A program made the translations under genes and the position numbers. Below the pieces are notes generated by a model. That model made no database searches. It had not been told where the DNA came from and saw nothing but the letters and a program-made list of their open reading frames with translations. A stretch of 24,000 nucleotides of DNA from Saprospiraceae bacterium (GTDB lineage Bacteria; Bacteroidota; Bacteroidia; Chitinophagales; Saprospiraceae): contig JAHDHU010000024.1 in assembly GCA_020631135.1 (NCBI GenBank), positions 7,474-31,473 of the forward strand, given 5' to 3'. Of this stretch, positions 16,719-24,000 are shown in pieces (position 1 is the first letter of the stretch; the number at the start of each line of letters is the position of its first letter).

Positions 16719-17916
16719 ATGTCCGAATCAGAGCCGAGTAACAATGATAAACAAGTCTTAGATTTTTCGAATACGGAAATTGCATTTAGCAATAAATCCG
16801 ATCGTGAATTAAAAAAGACTTTTACTTTATTTAAACTAATGAGTAATCGTTCATTGGTTTCTCTTCTTTCCTCATTAGGCCTGTTGGCGATCAAGTTGCG
16901 ATTGCCATTTGCCAAATTCGCAATTAGAAACACCATTTTTGATCAATTTGTAGGTGGTGAAAACTTATTGGATTGTCAAGCTGCAATTGATCATTTATAC
17001 AAATTTGATGCGCTTACTATATTGGATTATGGTGCAGAAGGTAAAACCACAGAAGAAGAATTGGATAACACCATGAAGGAGACCATGCGAGCGATTGAAT
17101 TAGGAGCTTCAAATAATTCTGTGCCAGCTGTTAGTACGAAAATCAAAGGTTTACAACCAATTGCTAGAAAAACTCAATGAACGTGTTTTATTGACGGATG
17201 TCGAAAAGCGAGAATATCAAAGGGTATTGGATCGGGTAGAAAATATTTGTCAAAAAGCTGAAGACTTAGGTGTCGCTATACTTATCGATGCAGAAGAAAG
17301 TTGGATGCAAATAGCCATCGACGATATAGTAGATCAAATGATGGCCAAGCACAACAAAGAAAATGTAGTGGTCTACAATACCTATCAACTTTATAGACAT
17401 GATAAACTGGTCCAGCTAAAAAATGATCATCGTACAGCATTAGAAAATGGGTATATGTTAGGTGCAAAGTTTGTGAGGGGAGCATACATGGACAAAGAGC
17501 GCGAGAGGGCCATACAAATGGGGTATCCTTCTCCAATACATGTTGACAAATCGGCTGTAGATTTAGATTACAACGAAGCGATAAAATATTGTGTAGAAAA
17601 TTACGAAACCATCGGCTCTATTTGTGCATCACACAATATTCAAAGTAATTTATATCAGGCGAAACTTATTGAAGATCTTGGGATAAATAAAACTCATCCA
17701 CATCTGAATTTTTGTCAGCTCTATGGGATGAGTGATTATATTACTTTCAATCTTAGTGATGCTGGCTTCAATGTAGCGAAATATGTCCCTTATGGTCCGA
17801 TCAAAGAGGTCGTTCCATATCTCATCAGGCGCGCCAAAGAAAACTCAAGTGTGACAGGCGAGATGGGTAGAGAACTCGAATACATCCACAAAGAAAAAAA
17901 GCGCAGAGGGATTTAG
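16719..17916 (+). pseudogene. Proline dehydrogenase interrupted by a +1 frameshift near 17155-17163 (track ORFs 16719..17180 and 17161..17916)
   Basis: The N-terminal part (NTEIAFSNKSDRELKK...IFDQFVGGE...LDYGAEG...VSTKIKGL) and the C-terminal part (LLEKLNE...LIDAEESWMQ...VRGAYMDKE...YGMSD...LIRRAKENSSVTGE) together make one ProDH domain of about 400 aa. The two parts lie in different frames. Frame 1 stops at 17178-17180, and frame 2 is open from 17104. Confidence 0.8.
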
Positions 17917-17956
17917 TCAAGCTCGCACATTCTTTAAGTATTTTAATAAAATTATC

Positions 17957-17983
17957 CAAAGCTCGCAAAGCTTGCAAAGCTTG
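17957..17983. repeat. Tandem 9-mer repeat (CAAAGCTCG, CAAAGCTTG, CAAAGCTTG)
   Basis: Three head-to-tail copies read directly from the sequence. A fourth partial copy (AAGCTCGCA) lies at 17919-17927, just after the ProDH stop. The AAGCTT cores are self-complementary. Confidence 0.7.
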
Positions 17984-18010
17984 CCCACGTTGCTTGCTGT
18001 GGAGTGAGTA

Positions 18011-18043
18011 TAAAAAAAGTCAACTAAACTCAATTAGCTGACT
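18011..18043 (-). terminator. Rho-independent terminator candidate downstream of the DUF4407 gene
   Basis: On the minus strand: AGTCAGC-taattgagttta-GTTGACT, a 7-bp stem with one G.U pair, followed by TTTTTTTA. It lies about 130 nt after the stop codon. Confidence 0.5.
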
Positions 18044-18176
18044 TGTTGGACTTTCATTAAAGGTGAATGTGAATGCCCAATATTTTGATCTTTTGAATTC
18101 AGAAAAACTTGTCATAGCTTTTGACGATTAGGAGGTCTTTTGGTCACGTAGATTTTCGATTACTTTAATTGGTATT

Positions 18177-19166
18177 CTAAACAATGGCTTGTTTTAAGCG
18201 TAAGCGCTCTTTTTCTTTCGCAATTTTGTGATCTGTTTTAAATTGTTCTTCTTCCGAATCCAGCACATAATCATAAGGTCTGTTGCCAGATAGTAACTTT
18301 GTGAAGATTGGCGCTAATTCGATTGCGATCAACAAAAACATTATAAACCAACCCGTGTATCGGATGGAGTGTTTTTTTAGTCCTATGCGAGATAAGGCAT
18401 CTAGTCGTGTAGATAATCCATCAAAAAATAATTGATCATTTTCTGAAAGCTTTTGATTTCTTTCGGCAATCAAATTTGCTTTAAGTTGGTTTAGACTATC
18501 TTTTTTTGGGAGTAGGGTATTCTTTAATTCTTTATATTCTAGCTTGGCATTATTGGCATTTTCGTTTTTTAAAGCGTAAATCGGACCTAGATTTTTTTGC
18601 ATTGAACCACCCGTTCCATCAGCTTCTTGAGTAGCCAATAATTGCAAAGAATCGGCATATGATTTAGATAGGTTTAAAGACTTGTCAAGGATTAAAATTT
18701 CATTTTCAAGTTCAGATTGGATAGGGGAATACCTATTATAGATAAATTGCTCTCTTTCAATTTTGTATTCGCTATCCATGGCTAAAATTTCTTTTTCAAT
18801 TTCGGATTCAAATATTTTTAATTCAAAGGGTTTGGCGATAACGAGTGCGATAATAACAGCAAGACAAATACGAGGAATTGCTTGAGTAAGTTTGCTGATC
18901 GATCCTTCGGAGTATGTCATGGAAAGAATAATAAACCTATCTAAATTAAAAATCATGAGTGCCCACAAGATTGCCGCTCCGACGGTTATGATGGTAGAGT
19001 CAAAAATATAATTGAATGCATAAGCTGAGCTCAGACCTGCGATTATGGCTGTAAAGAAGATTGTTGCACCAATTGCAGCCAGTCGATTCTTTTCAATGGG
19101 CGTTCTTGCCAAGATGGATGGTATAGTGCCAGCGCAAAAAATGAAAAACGATTGTATCGATTGCAT
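18177..19166 (-). CDS. DUF4407 domain-containing membrane protein (multi-TM with a central coiled coil)
   Basis: The N-terminal TM block (LAAIGATIFFTAIIAGLSSAYAF, VGAAILWALMIFNLDRFII, ICLAVIIALVIAKPF) matches my recollection of DUF4407. A coiled-coil-like segment of about 150 aa rich in E/K/L/N/Q follows, then a final TM (WFIMFLLIAIELAPIF). Confidence 0.75.
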   Translation of the reverse strand: MQSIQSFFIFCAGTIPSILARTPIEKNRLAAIGATIFFTAIIAGLSSAYAFNYIFDSTIITVGAAILWALMIFNLDRFIILSMTYSEGSISKLTQAIPRICLAVIIALVIAKPFELKIFESEIEKEILAMDSEYKIEREQFIYNRYSPIQSELENEILILDKSLNLSKSYADSLQLLATQEADGTGGSMQKNLGPIYALKNENANNAKLEYKELKNTLLPKKDSLNQLKANLIAERNQKLSENDQLFFDGLSTRLDALSRIGLKKHSIRYTGWFIMFLLIAIELAPIFTKLLSGNRPYDYVLDSEEEQFKTDHKIAKEKERLRLKQAIV

Positions 19167-19183
19167 GATTTAATTTTAAAAGA

Positions 19184-19209
19184 ACTACCCAAGGCATTCC
19201 TTGGGTAGT
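19184..19209 (-). terminator. Perfect 11-bp-stem hairpin plus U-tract about 17 nt upstream of the DUF4407 ATG; intrinsic-terminator-like, possibly an attenuator or leader element
   Basis: On the minus strand: ACTACCCAAGG-aatg-CCTTGGGTAGT, followed by TCTTTTAAAATTAAATC and then the ATG. All 11 stem pairs are Watson-Crick. Confidence 0.55.
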
Positions 19210-19586
19210 GCGAAAAAACAATTAAAAAGCTTACAACTTTATATTTTTTTGCCTTTTAAAAAAAGGCATTCGGATTTTTAGATGAGTAGCTTATTCACTA
19301 TAAAAATTCTTTTCAAATTAGAATCGAAAATTTCATTTGAAGCCAAGCCACAGTAATGAATTGGTCATGAGATATTATCTTCTGTTATTTAAAATTATGA
19401 AAGTCAATGCTATTATGCAATGCATAGTACTGTTTTTACCAAAGTACTATATGTATTGGTGTTTTCATTCGACTAACGTTTTGAATATTTCGATCAATGT
19501 CAAAAGAGGCTAGAGTAAAAAGTGATCTAGCATGAAAAAAAAACAAGTAGCGTGAAATTCTACAACTTTAACTTCGACTTACTTTG

Positions 19587-20624
19587 TTACATCAAGACAC
19601 CGTTGATAGCTTGTATTGGTGGCGGGAGATTATCTTCTTGAAGCATTTCTCTAAGATCTATCTCAATTACTCTACATAGAGAGAGCATCGGTATGTCATT
19701 ACCCAAGCCCTCAAAAGGGTTTTCAGAATAGTCACCTACTAATTCCATCATAATAAACACCCAAGAAACCGCAACGGAAAAAGGAATCGATATCCAAGCT
19801 CCGATTTCTCCGAGTTTATGAAATTCAGTAACCATTGCAAATGGTAAAAGAAATATAAAAATACCTACAAAGATGAAGCTTGAATGAGCATATTGTCTCG
19901 GAAGCGGAAATTTTTTAATTCTTTCAGCTTTCCCTTGATGAACATAAAAGTCATAGATAATTTGTTGCATTTCCATATGACGGAAATCATCAATTATGTT
20001 TTTGTCACGCAGTCCTTGCATATCTCGGGCCTGTCTATTTAGGATTTGAGTAGCAGTGTTTTTGTAATTGATAAGTTCTTCATATTCTGAATCAGGCAGT
20101 AAAGATTTAAGACTCTTTTGTGTATTATCGTCGTCCAATAAGCCTACACCAAAGCGTTTTTTTCTTTTTTCTGTAGCACGTTGCATCTGTCCTCCTTGAG
20201 AGATATGTTCCCACGGAGTTGGTATGAGTAATTGACTTCTGAGTGCATAAAGCCAAGCAATATGACGATAAATGAGACGTTGCTTTATAGTTTTAATTTC
20301 TGCCAGATCTATATTTTGGTCTCTAAAAGTATTGCCTATAAAGGCATCGACGGCACTTCCCCAAGCTCTGCTGCTATTGACCATAGAGCCCCATATTTTT
20401 CGGGCTTCCCACATTCTGTCGTACGATTGATTGTTTTTAAAACCGACATAAAAAGCTACAGCCGTACCAATTACAGAAACAGGAAGCCATGGTATTTGCA
20501 TCCATTTAGCATGAAACATTTCGTGTAAAGCTGTGATCGCAGTACACCAAATAATAATCCATAGGAGATGACCTCCTGTAAAACGCATGATGTTGACAAA
20601 ACTAAAAGTCTTCTTTACCCACAT
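19587..20624 (-). CDS. Bestrophin-family (UPF0187/YneE-like) anion channel
   Basis: The family signature is present (AFYVGFKNNQSYDRMWEARKIWGSMVNSSR). There are two N-terminal and two C-terminal TM helices. Its 345-aa length is slightly above the ~300 aa I recall as typical for bacterial bestrophins. Confidence 0.8.
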   Translation of the reverse strand: MWVKKTFSFVNIMRFTGGHLLWIIIWCTAITALHEMFHAKWMQIPWLPVSVIGTAVAFYVGFKNNQSYDRMWEARKIWGSMVNSSRAWGSAVDAFIGNTFRDQNIDLAEIKTIKQRLIYRHIAWLYALRSQLLIPTPWEHISQGGQMQRATEKRKKRFGVGLLDDDNTQKSLKSLLPDSEYEELINYKNTATQILNRQARDMQGLRDKNIIDDFRHMEMQQIIYDFYVHQGKAERIKKFPLPRQYAHSSFIFVGIFIFLLPFAMVTEFHKLGEIGAWISIPFSVAVSWVFIMMELVGDYSENPFEGLGNDIPMLSLCRVIEIDLREMLQEDNLPPPIQAINGVLM

Positions 20625-20682
20625 GGTCTATAATTTCATGCAAAATAAGAACTCAATACAGCTTGGAGAAGGGGAGAGTAAT

Positions 20683-21639
20683 TTATTTTGAAATATTGAT
20701 TTTTTTCAATTTACGTTTTCCGTTTAATAGAAAGGATACTAAATATATTCCTTCGTCGATAGGGTTTAAATCGATTTTAAGATGCTCTTGTTTGTACTCT
20801 ACTGATCTACCATCTAAAGAATAGATTCTTATTTCTTCTAGCTCGCTGATAGAATTAAATTGAAAAATTCCCGGATTTGGATTTGGAAAAAGAATAATTG
20901 TTTTTTCGTTTGGTTCAGTCTCAGCGCTGCTGGTTGAGCAATTTGAGTCTTTTAACCATTGAAAGGCGACAGATAATATTTCGTTTCTTTCAGGAAAATC
21001 AATTGTATGATTAATTCCGCTCATGAGTAATGAATTTGTACATGCTCCTTGAATATTCAATTCATTTAATAAAGGAGTAAAGGCGGTAGATGGGTTATCT
21101 TGAGATCCGTGGATTAGGTAAAAGGACTTATTGTTAGCATTCGCTGAAATTCCATTTAAATGTGAAATATTTGCCGCTGCTCCGATGACCATAAAGCCAC
21201 GGAACTTTTCGGCTCTTCTCAAGCCATAAGTGTATGTTGTGCGGCCGCCCCATGAAAACCCCATAATGTATTGCTCTTCATTGTTTATGTTGTACCATTG
21301 GTTTACGGAGTCCAAAAGTACAGTTGTAAAGGCCGTATCTATCGGGCTGTCAACCTGACCATCGATGCCGCCATCAGGACATACCAGTAATAGATCGTTA
21401 GTTTCTGCAAATTGAATTAGTGTATCGCGCCAAGATTCAGCATCCCAACGATTTACATTGAATGGGTGTAAAGCCAACATCAAAGAATGAGGTGTCGTTT
21501 CATCATAATTACTAGGAATATAGAGTGAGTATTTTTTCGCCGAATCGGTTTGGAAAGCAAAACTACCATCAATTGTTATTTGAGCATCAACTGAAATAAT
21601 GAAAGAACAAATCAAAGCGGCTAGAATTAATTTTCTCAT
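20683..21639 (-). CDS. Secreted alpha/beta-hydrolase (esterase / PHB-depolymerase-like) with a T9SS C-terminal sorting domain
   Basis: Signal peptide (LILAALICSFIISVDAQ), nucleophile elbow (GFSWGG), and a downstream HGSQD motif. The C-terminal ~75 aa (IILFPNPNPGIFQF...GIYLVSFLLNGKRKLKKINISK) match the T9SS CTD pattern. Confidence 0.75.
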   Translation of the reverse strand: MRKLILAALICSFIISVDAQITIDGSFAFQTDSAKKYSLYIPSNYDETTPHSLMLALHPFNVNRWDAESWRDTLIQFAETNDLLLVCPDGGIDGQVDSPIDTAFTTVLLDSVNQWYNINNEEQYIMGFSWGGRTTYTYGLRRAEKFRGFMVIGAAANISHLNGISANANNKSFYLIHGSQDNPSTAFTPLLNELNIQGACTNSLLMSGINHTIDFPERNEILSVAFQWLKDSNCSTSSAETEPNEKTIILFPNPNPGIFQFNSISELEEIRIYSLDGRSVEYKQEHLKIDLNPIDEGIYLVSFLLNGKRKLKKINISK

Positions 21640-21708
21640 ATCAATTTAGATTGGATTTTTAGTGAAGTTAAACTTTTGATTGCGTTCGAAATGTCCTTTA
21701 AATGATGC

Positions 21709-22938
21709 TTATACTGTTTCGGCTACTACAAATATGCTTCCACCAACGTAGATTAATTCGTTTTTCTGAATTCTACTTTTAGCAGCTGCCAATGCTTTTC
21801 TCACACTTGAATAATGCTTTCCTTTTAGTCCATACTTGGCCGCCTTTAGTTTTAAAACTTTGGCATTAAGCCCTCGAGGTACATTGGCTTTCGCAAAATA
21901 ATAACTTGAGTCGAATGGAAATAATCTTAAAATATCATCTAGAGATTTGTCGTTTACAAAACCTAGGACGAAATGTATTCTGGGATATTTTTTGGACTTT
22001 AATTGATTCAGAATTAATGTAAGTCCATCTTGGTTATGAGCGCTGTCTACCAGGATTAAAGGATTTTTAGAGAGCCATTGCCATCGCCCGATGAAATAGC
22101 TGTTTTGATGTACTTTCGAAATTCCATTAAAAATTGTTTTTGTCGATAGCTTTGGGTAAAGAATTTTAATTGCATTTATCGCAGTATTGATGTTTTTGCT
22201 TTGGTAATTGGCAGGAAATTGTTGGGACAATGCTTTGTATTGATTTTTGGCAATTATGTTTTTTGCATAAAAGATGGAAGATTCTAATTGCTGTGCTCTT
22301 TTTTTAAAAACATTTTGAATGCCAACTTGCCTTTCGCCGATTAATACAGGTGTATGTTTTTTGATTATTCCAGCTTTTTCTTTAGCGATTTTGGATAAAG
22401 AATTTCCAAGCATATTTTGATGGTCTAAACCGATATTGGTGATTACACTAAGCAATGGTGTAATAATATTAGTGCTATCAAGTCTTCCTCCTAGTCCTGT
22501 TTCGATAATTGCAATATCCACCTGATGTCTTGCAAAATGATCAAATGCGAGCGCTACTGTTATTTCAAAAAAAGAAGGATTTATCTTTTTAATCGCTTGT
22601 TTATTTGTATTTACAAAATCAATTACTTCCTTTTTTGAAATAAAATCATTTCCAATTTTTATTCTTTCTCGAAAATCTAAATAATGCGGGGAGGTGTAAA
22701 TACCAACCTTCAGTTTGTTTTCAATTAAGACAGATGCGATAAAATGACTTACCGAACCCTTCCCATTGGTTCCTGCAATGTGTATGCTTTTGAATTGAGA
22801 TTGTGGATTTCCGAGAGCTTTTGAAAGTAATTTGATATTTTTCAAGTCTTTTTTAAAAGCTTGAGCTCCAATCCGCTGGTACATTGGGAGTTGGTGGTAT
22901 AAGTAATCTAAACACTTCTTATAAGATCTAAACTTCAC
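21709..22938 (-). CDS. folC: Bifunctional folylpolyglutamate synthase / dihydrofolate synthase
   Basis: Mur-ligase P-loop (HIAGTNGKGSV), TSPHY, and an N-terminal LPMYQRIGAQAFKKDL typical of Bacteroidota FolC. The GTG start at 22938 preserves the conserved N-terminus. Confidence 0.85.
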   Translation of the reverse strand: MKFRSYKKCLDYLYHQLPMYQRIGAQAFKKDLKNIKLLSKALGNPQSQFKSIHIAGTNGKGSVSHFIASVLIENKLKVGIYTSPHYLDFRERIKIGNDFISKKEVIDFVNTNKQAIKKINPSFFEITVALAFDHFARHQVDIAIIETGLGGRLDSTNIITPLLSVITNIGLDHQNMLGNSLSKIAKEKAGIIKKHTPVLIGERQVGIQNVFKKRAQQLESSIFYAKNIIAKNQYKALSQQFPANYQSKNINTAINAIKILYPKLSTKTIFNGISKVHQNSYFIGRWQWLSKNPLILVDSAHNQDGLTLILNQLKSKKYPRIHFVLGFVNDKSLDDILRLFPFDSSYYFAKANVPRGLNAKVLKLKAAKYGLKGKHYSSVRKALAAAKSRIQKNELIYVGGSIFVVAETV

Positions 22939-22970
22939 GACAATTATGGCTTATTTTTACATCATCTAAG

Positions 22971-24000
22971 ATGGAAAAAAGATATGACTATATCATCTGT
23001 GGAGCGGGATGCGCAGGTTTAAGTTTAGCCTATTATTTGAGCAAAAAGAATCTCGATGGAAAACGTATTTTGCTTTTGGATAAGGATGCAAAAGACCATA
23101 ATGATCACACTTGGTGCTTTTGGCAAAAAGGTGATGGTCCTTTTGACACAATCTTAAAAAAATCCTATTCCCGTATTGATTTTTACACAAACGAAGTTCA
23201 ACGAGAAATTAATATAGCTCCTTACGCATACAAAAGGATTGATGGAATCGACTTTTACAATTACATCAAACCAATCATTGAAATGCATCAATTTATTGAT
23301 TTTAAACAAGATCAAATTTTATCTATTGAAGAGTTGGAGAATGAGGTTATCGTTAATACCAAAGAATCGGTTTATAAATCCCAGCTTATTTTTAAATCGT
23401 TTTTGGATTCAAATTTCTCCTTTGAAAAAGATCATCATGTTTTACAGCATTTTAAAGGGTGGGAGATAGAAACTGAAGAACCACAGTTTGATGAAGGTAA
23501 AGCAACCTTTATGGATTTTAGAATTGATCAAAAAGGAGAAATTCGGTTTCTATATGTACTACCTACTTCTACTAATACTGCCCTGGTCGAAGTAGCCATC
23601 TTTTCGAATAATATTTTGACTCATTCGGAGTATGATACTATTTTGAAAAACTATATAGATCGGTATTTAAGATTTTCTAAATATTCAATTTTAGAGTCAG
23701 AATTTGGTGTCATTCCCATGACTACTTATCCTTTCGAAACATTAAATTCTGATCGGATTAAGCATATTGGAACTGCCGGTGGGTGGGTAAAAGCTTCTTC
23801 GGGTTATGCTTTTGATCGAATTCAAAGAAGATCAAAATCATTGGCGAATGCCATCGCAAACCAATCAGATTTAAATGGGATATTGAGTGCTAAGAATAGA
23901 TTTAGGTTTTATGACAGAATATTTCTTAATGTATTGTTGTCCAATAAAGCAGGCGGAGACGAGGTATTTGGGAAATTATTTGAGAATTTAGATTCAGAAT
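22971..24000 (+). CDS. crtY: Lycopene cyclase family protein (CrtY-type), 3'-truncated by the window edge; absent from the supplied ORF track
   Basis: My own translation from the ATG at 22971 gives 343 codons with no stop before the window ends. It reads MEKRYDYIICGAGCAGLSLAYYL (dinucleotide-binding GxGxxG) ...DHTWCFW...ATFMDFR...FLYVLP...HIGTAGGWVKASSGYAF, the characteristic CrtY/lycopene beta-cyclase motif order. Confidence 0.8.
   Translation, partial: MEKRYDYIICGAGCAGLSLAYYLSKKNLDGKRILLLDKDAKDHNDHTWCFWQKGDGPFDTILKKSYSRIDFYTNEVQREINIAPYAYKRIDGIDFYNYIKPIIEMHQFIDFKQDQILSIEELENEVIVNTKESVYKSQLIFKSFLDSNFSFEKDHHVLQHFKGWEIETEEPQFDEGKATFMDFRIDQKGEIRFLYVLPTSTNTALVEVAIFSNNILTHSEYDTILKNYIDRYLRFSKYSILESEFGVIPMTTYPFETLNSDRIKHIGTAGGWVKASSGYAFDRIQRRSKSLANAIANQSDLNGILSAKNRFRFYDRIFLNVLLSNKAGGDEVFGKLFENLDSE

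Noticed and set aside
16080-16936. Long antisense ORFs over aroE and the ProDH start (94, 119 and 153 aa). A 153-aa open frame is notable in AT-rich DNA.
   Set aside because: The translated sequences are low-complexity with no domain signature. The sense-strand genes are unambiguous. I found no independent start or promoter evidence. Only strand-specific Ribo-seq could revive this.
17148-17166. Programmed +1 ribosomal frameshift as the explanation for the split ProDH.
   Set aside because: The junction (GGT TTA CAA CCA A TTG) has no slippery CCC-N or CUU-UGA-type motif, no in-frame stop at the shift site and no obvious stimulatory structure. A mutation or a sequence error is more parsimonious.
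18020-18115. A 31-codon minus-strand ORF (MTSFSEFKRSKYWAFTFTFNESPTSQLIEFS) between the DUF4407 stop and its terminator.
   Set aside because: It is very short, has no signal or TM character, and ends inside the terminator stem. It is most likely a chance ORF in the 3' UTR.
19232-19570. A 10-bp direct repeat TACAACTTTA (19232-19241 and 19561-19570) as a possible target-site duplication of an inserted element.
   Set aside because: Both copies lie on the same side of the DUF4407 gene and flank only non-coding DNA. There are no terminal inverted repeats or mobility genes, and a chance 10-mer match in AT-rich sequence is plausible.
22993-23469. Track ORFs 22993..23190 (minus) and 23239..23469 (plus).
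   Set aside because: Both are fully contained in the crtY reading frame identified by manual translation, and they have no protein-like features.
1-24000. A window-wide search for CRISPR repeats, rRNA/tRNA genes, integrases or transposases, reverse transcriptases, restriction-modification or other defence hallmarks, and sharp compositional shifts.
   Set aside because: None was found by eye. Repeats are limited to the short elements listed, and base composition looks uniform across the window. This argues against a mobile or defence island here.

Overview
AT-rich, tightly packed chromosomal segment, most likely from a Bacteroidota (Flavobacteriia-like) genome. The assignment rests on two proteins with type IX secretion (T9SS) C-terminal sorting domains, a TonB-dependent receptor, a CrtY-type lycopene cyclase and Bacteroidota-style gene content. 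I support about 21 intact CDSs and one frameshifted gene. In order: a T9SS cargo protein, a DUF1456/YehS-like protein, a TonB-dependent receptor, a DsbA-like thioredoxin-fold protein, an FdhF/YdeP-family molybdoenzyme, and a small Lys/Cys-rich secreted protein. Then a histidine kinase with an OmpR-type response regulator, an M14 carboxypeptidase, and a co-directional cluster (small membrane protein, Gfo/Idh/MocA oxidoreductase, lipoprotein, phosphoglycosyl transferase, AroE). Then a proline dehydrogenase split by a frameshift, a DUF4407 membrane/coiled-coil protein, a bestrophin-like channel, a T9SS esterase, FolC, and a partial CrtY that is missing from the supplied ORF track. I found no rRNA, tRNA, CRISPR array, integrase, transposase, reverse transcriptase, nuclease/ATPase defence hallmark or toxin-antitoxin pair, so this reads mostly as core genome. 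The three best candidates for something undescribed are all tentative. (1) A divergent Lys/Cys-rich secreted mini-protein paired with a two-component system that has a Cys-rich sensor loop, with 11-bp-phased direct repeats in the shared intergenic region. (2) An isolated DUF4407 gene preceded by a 420-bp, highly structured non-coding leader that ends in a perfect 11-bp hairpin plus U-tract about 17 nt before its ATG. (3) A tight DsbA-like / TonB receptor / DUF1456 operon divergent from the YdeP-like molybdoenzyme. None can be confirmed without homology searches and comparative genomics.
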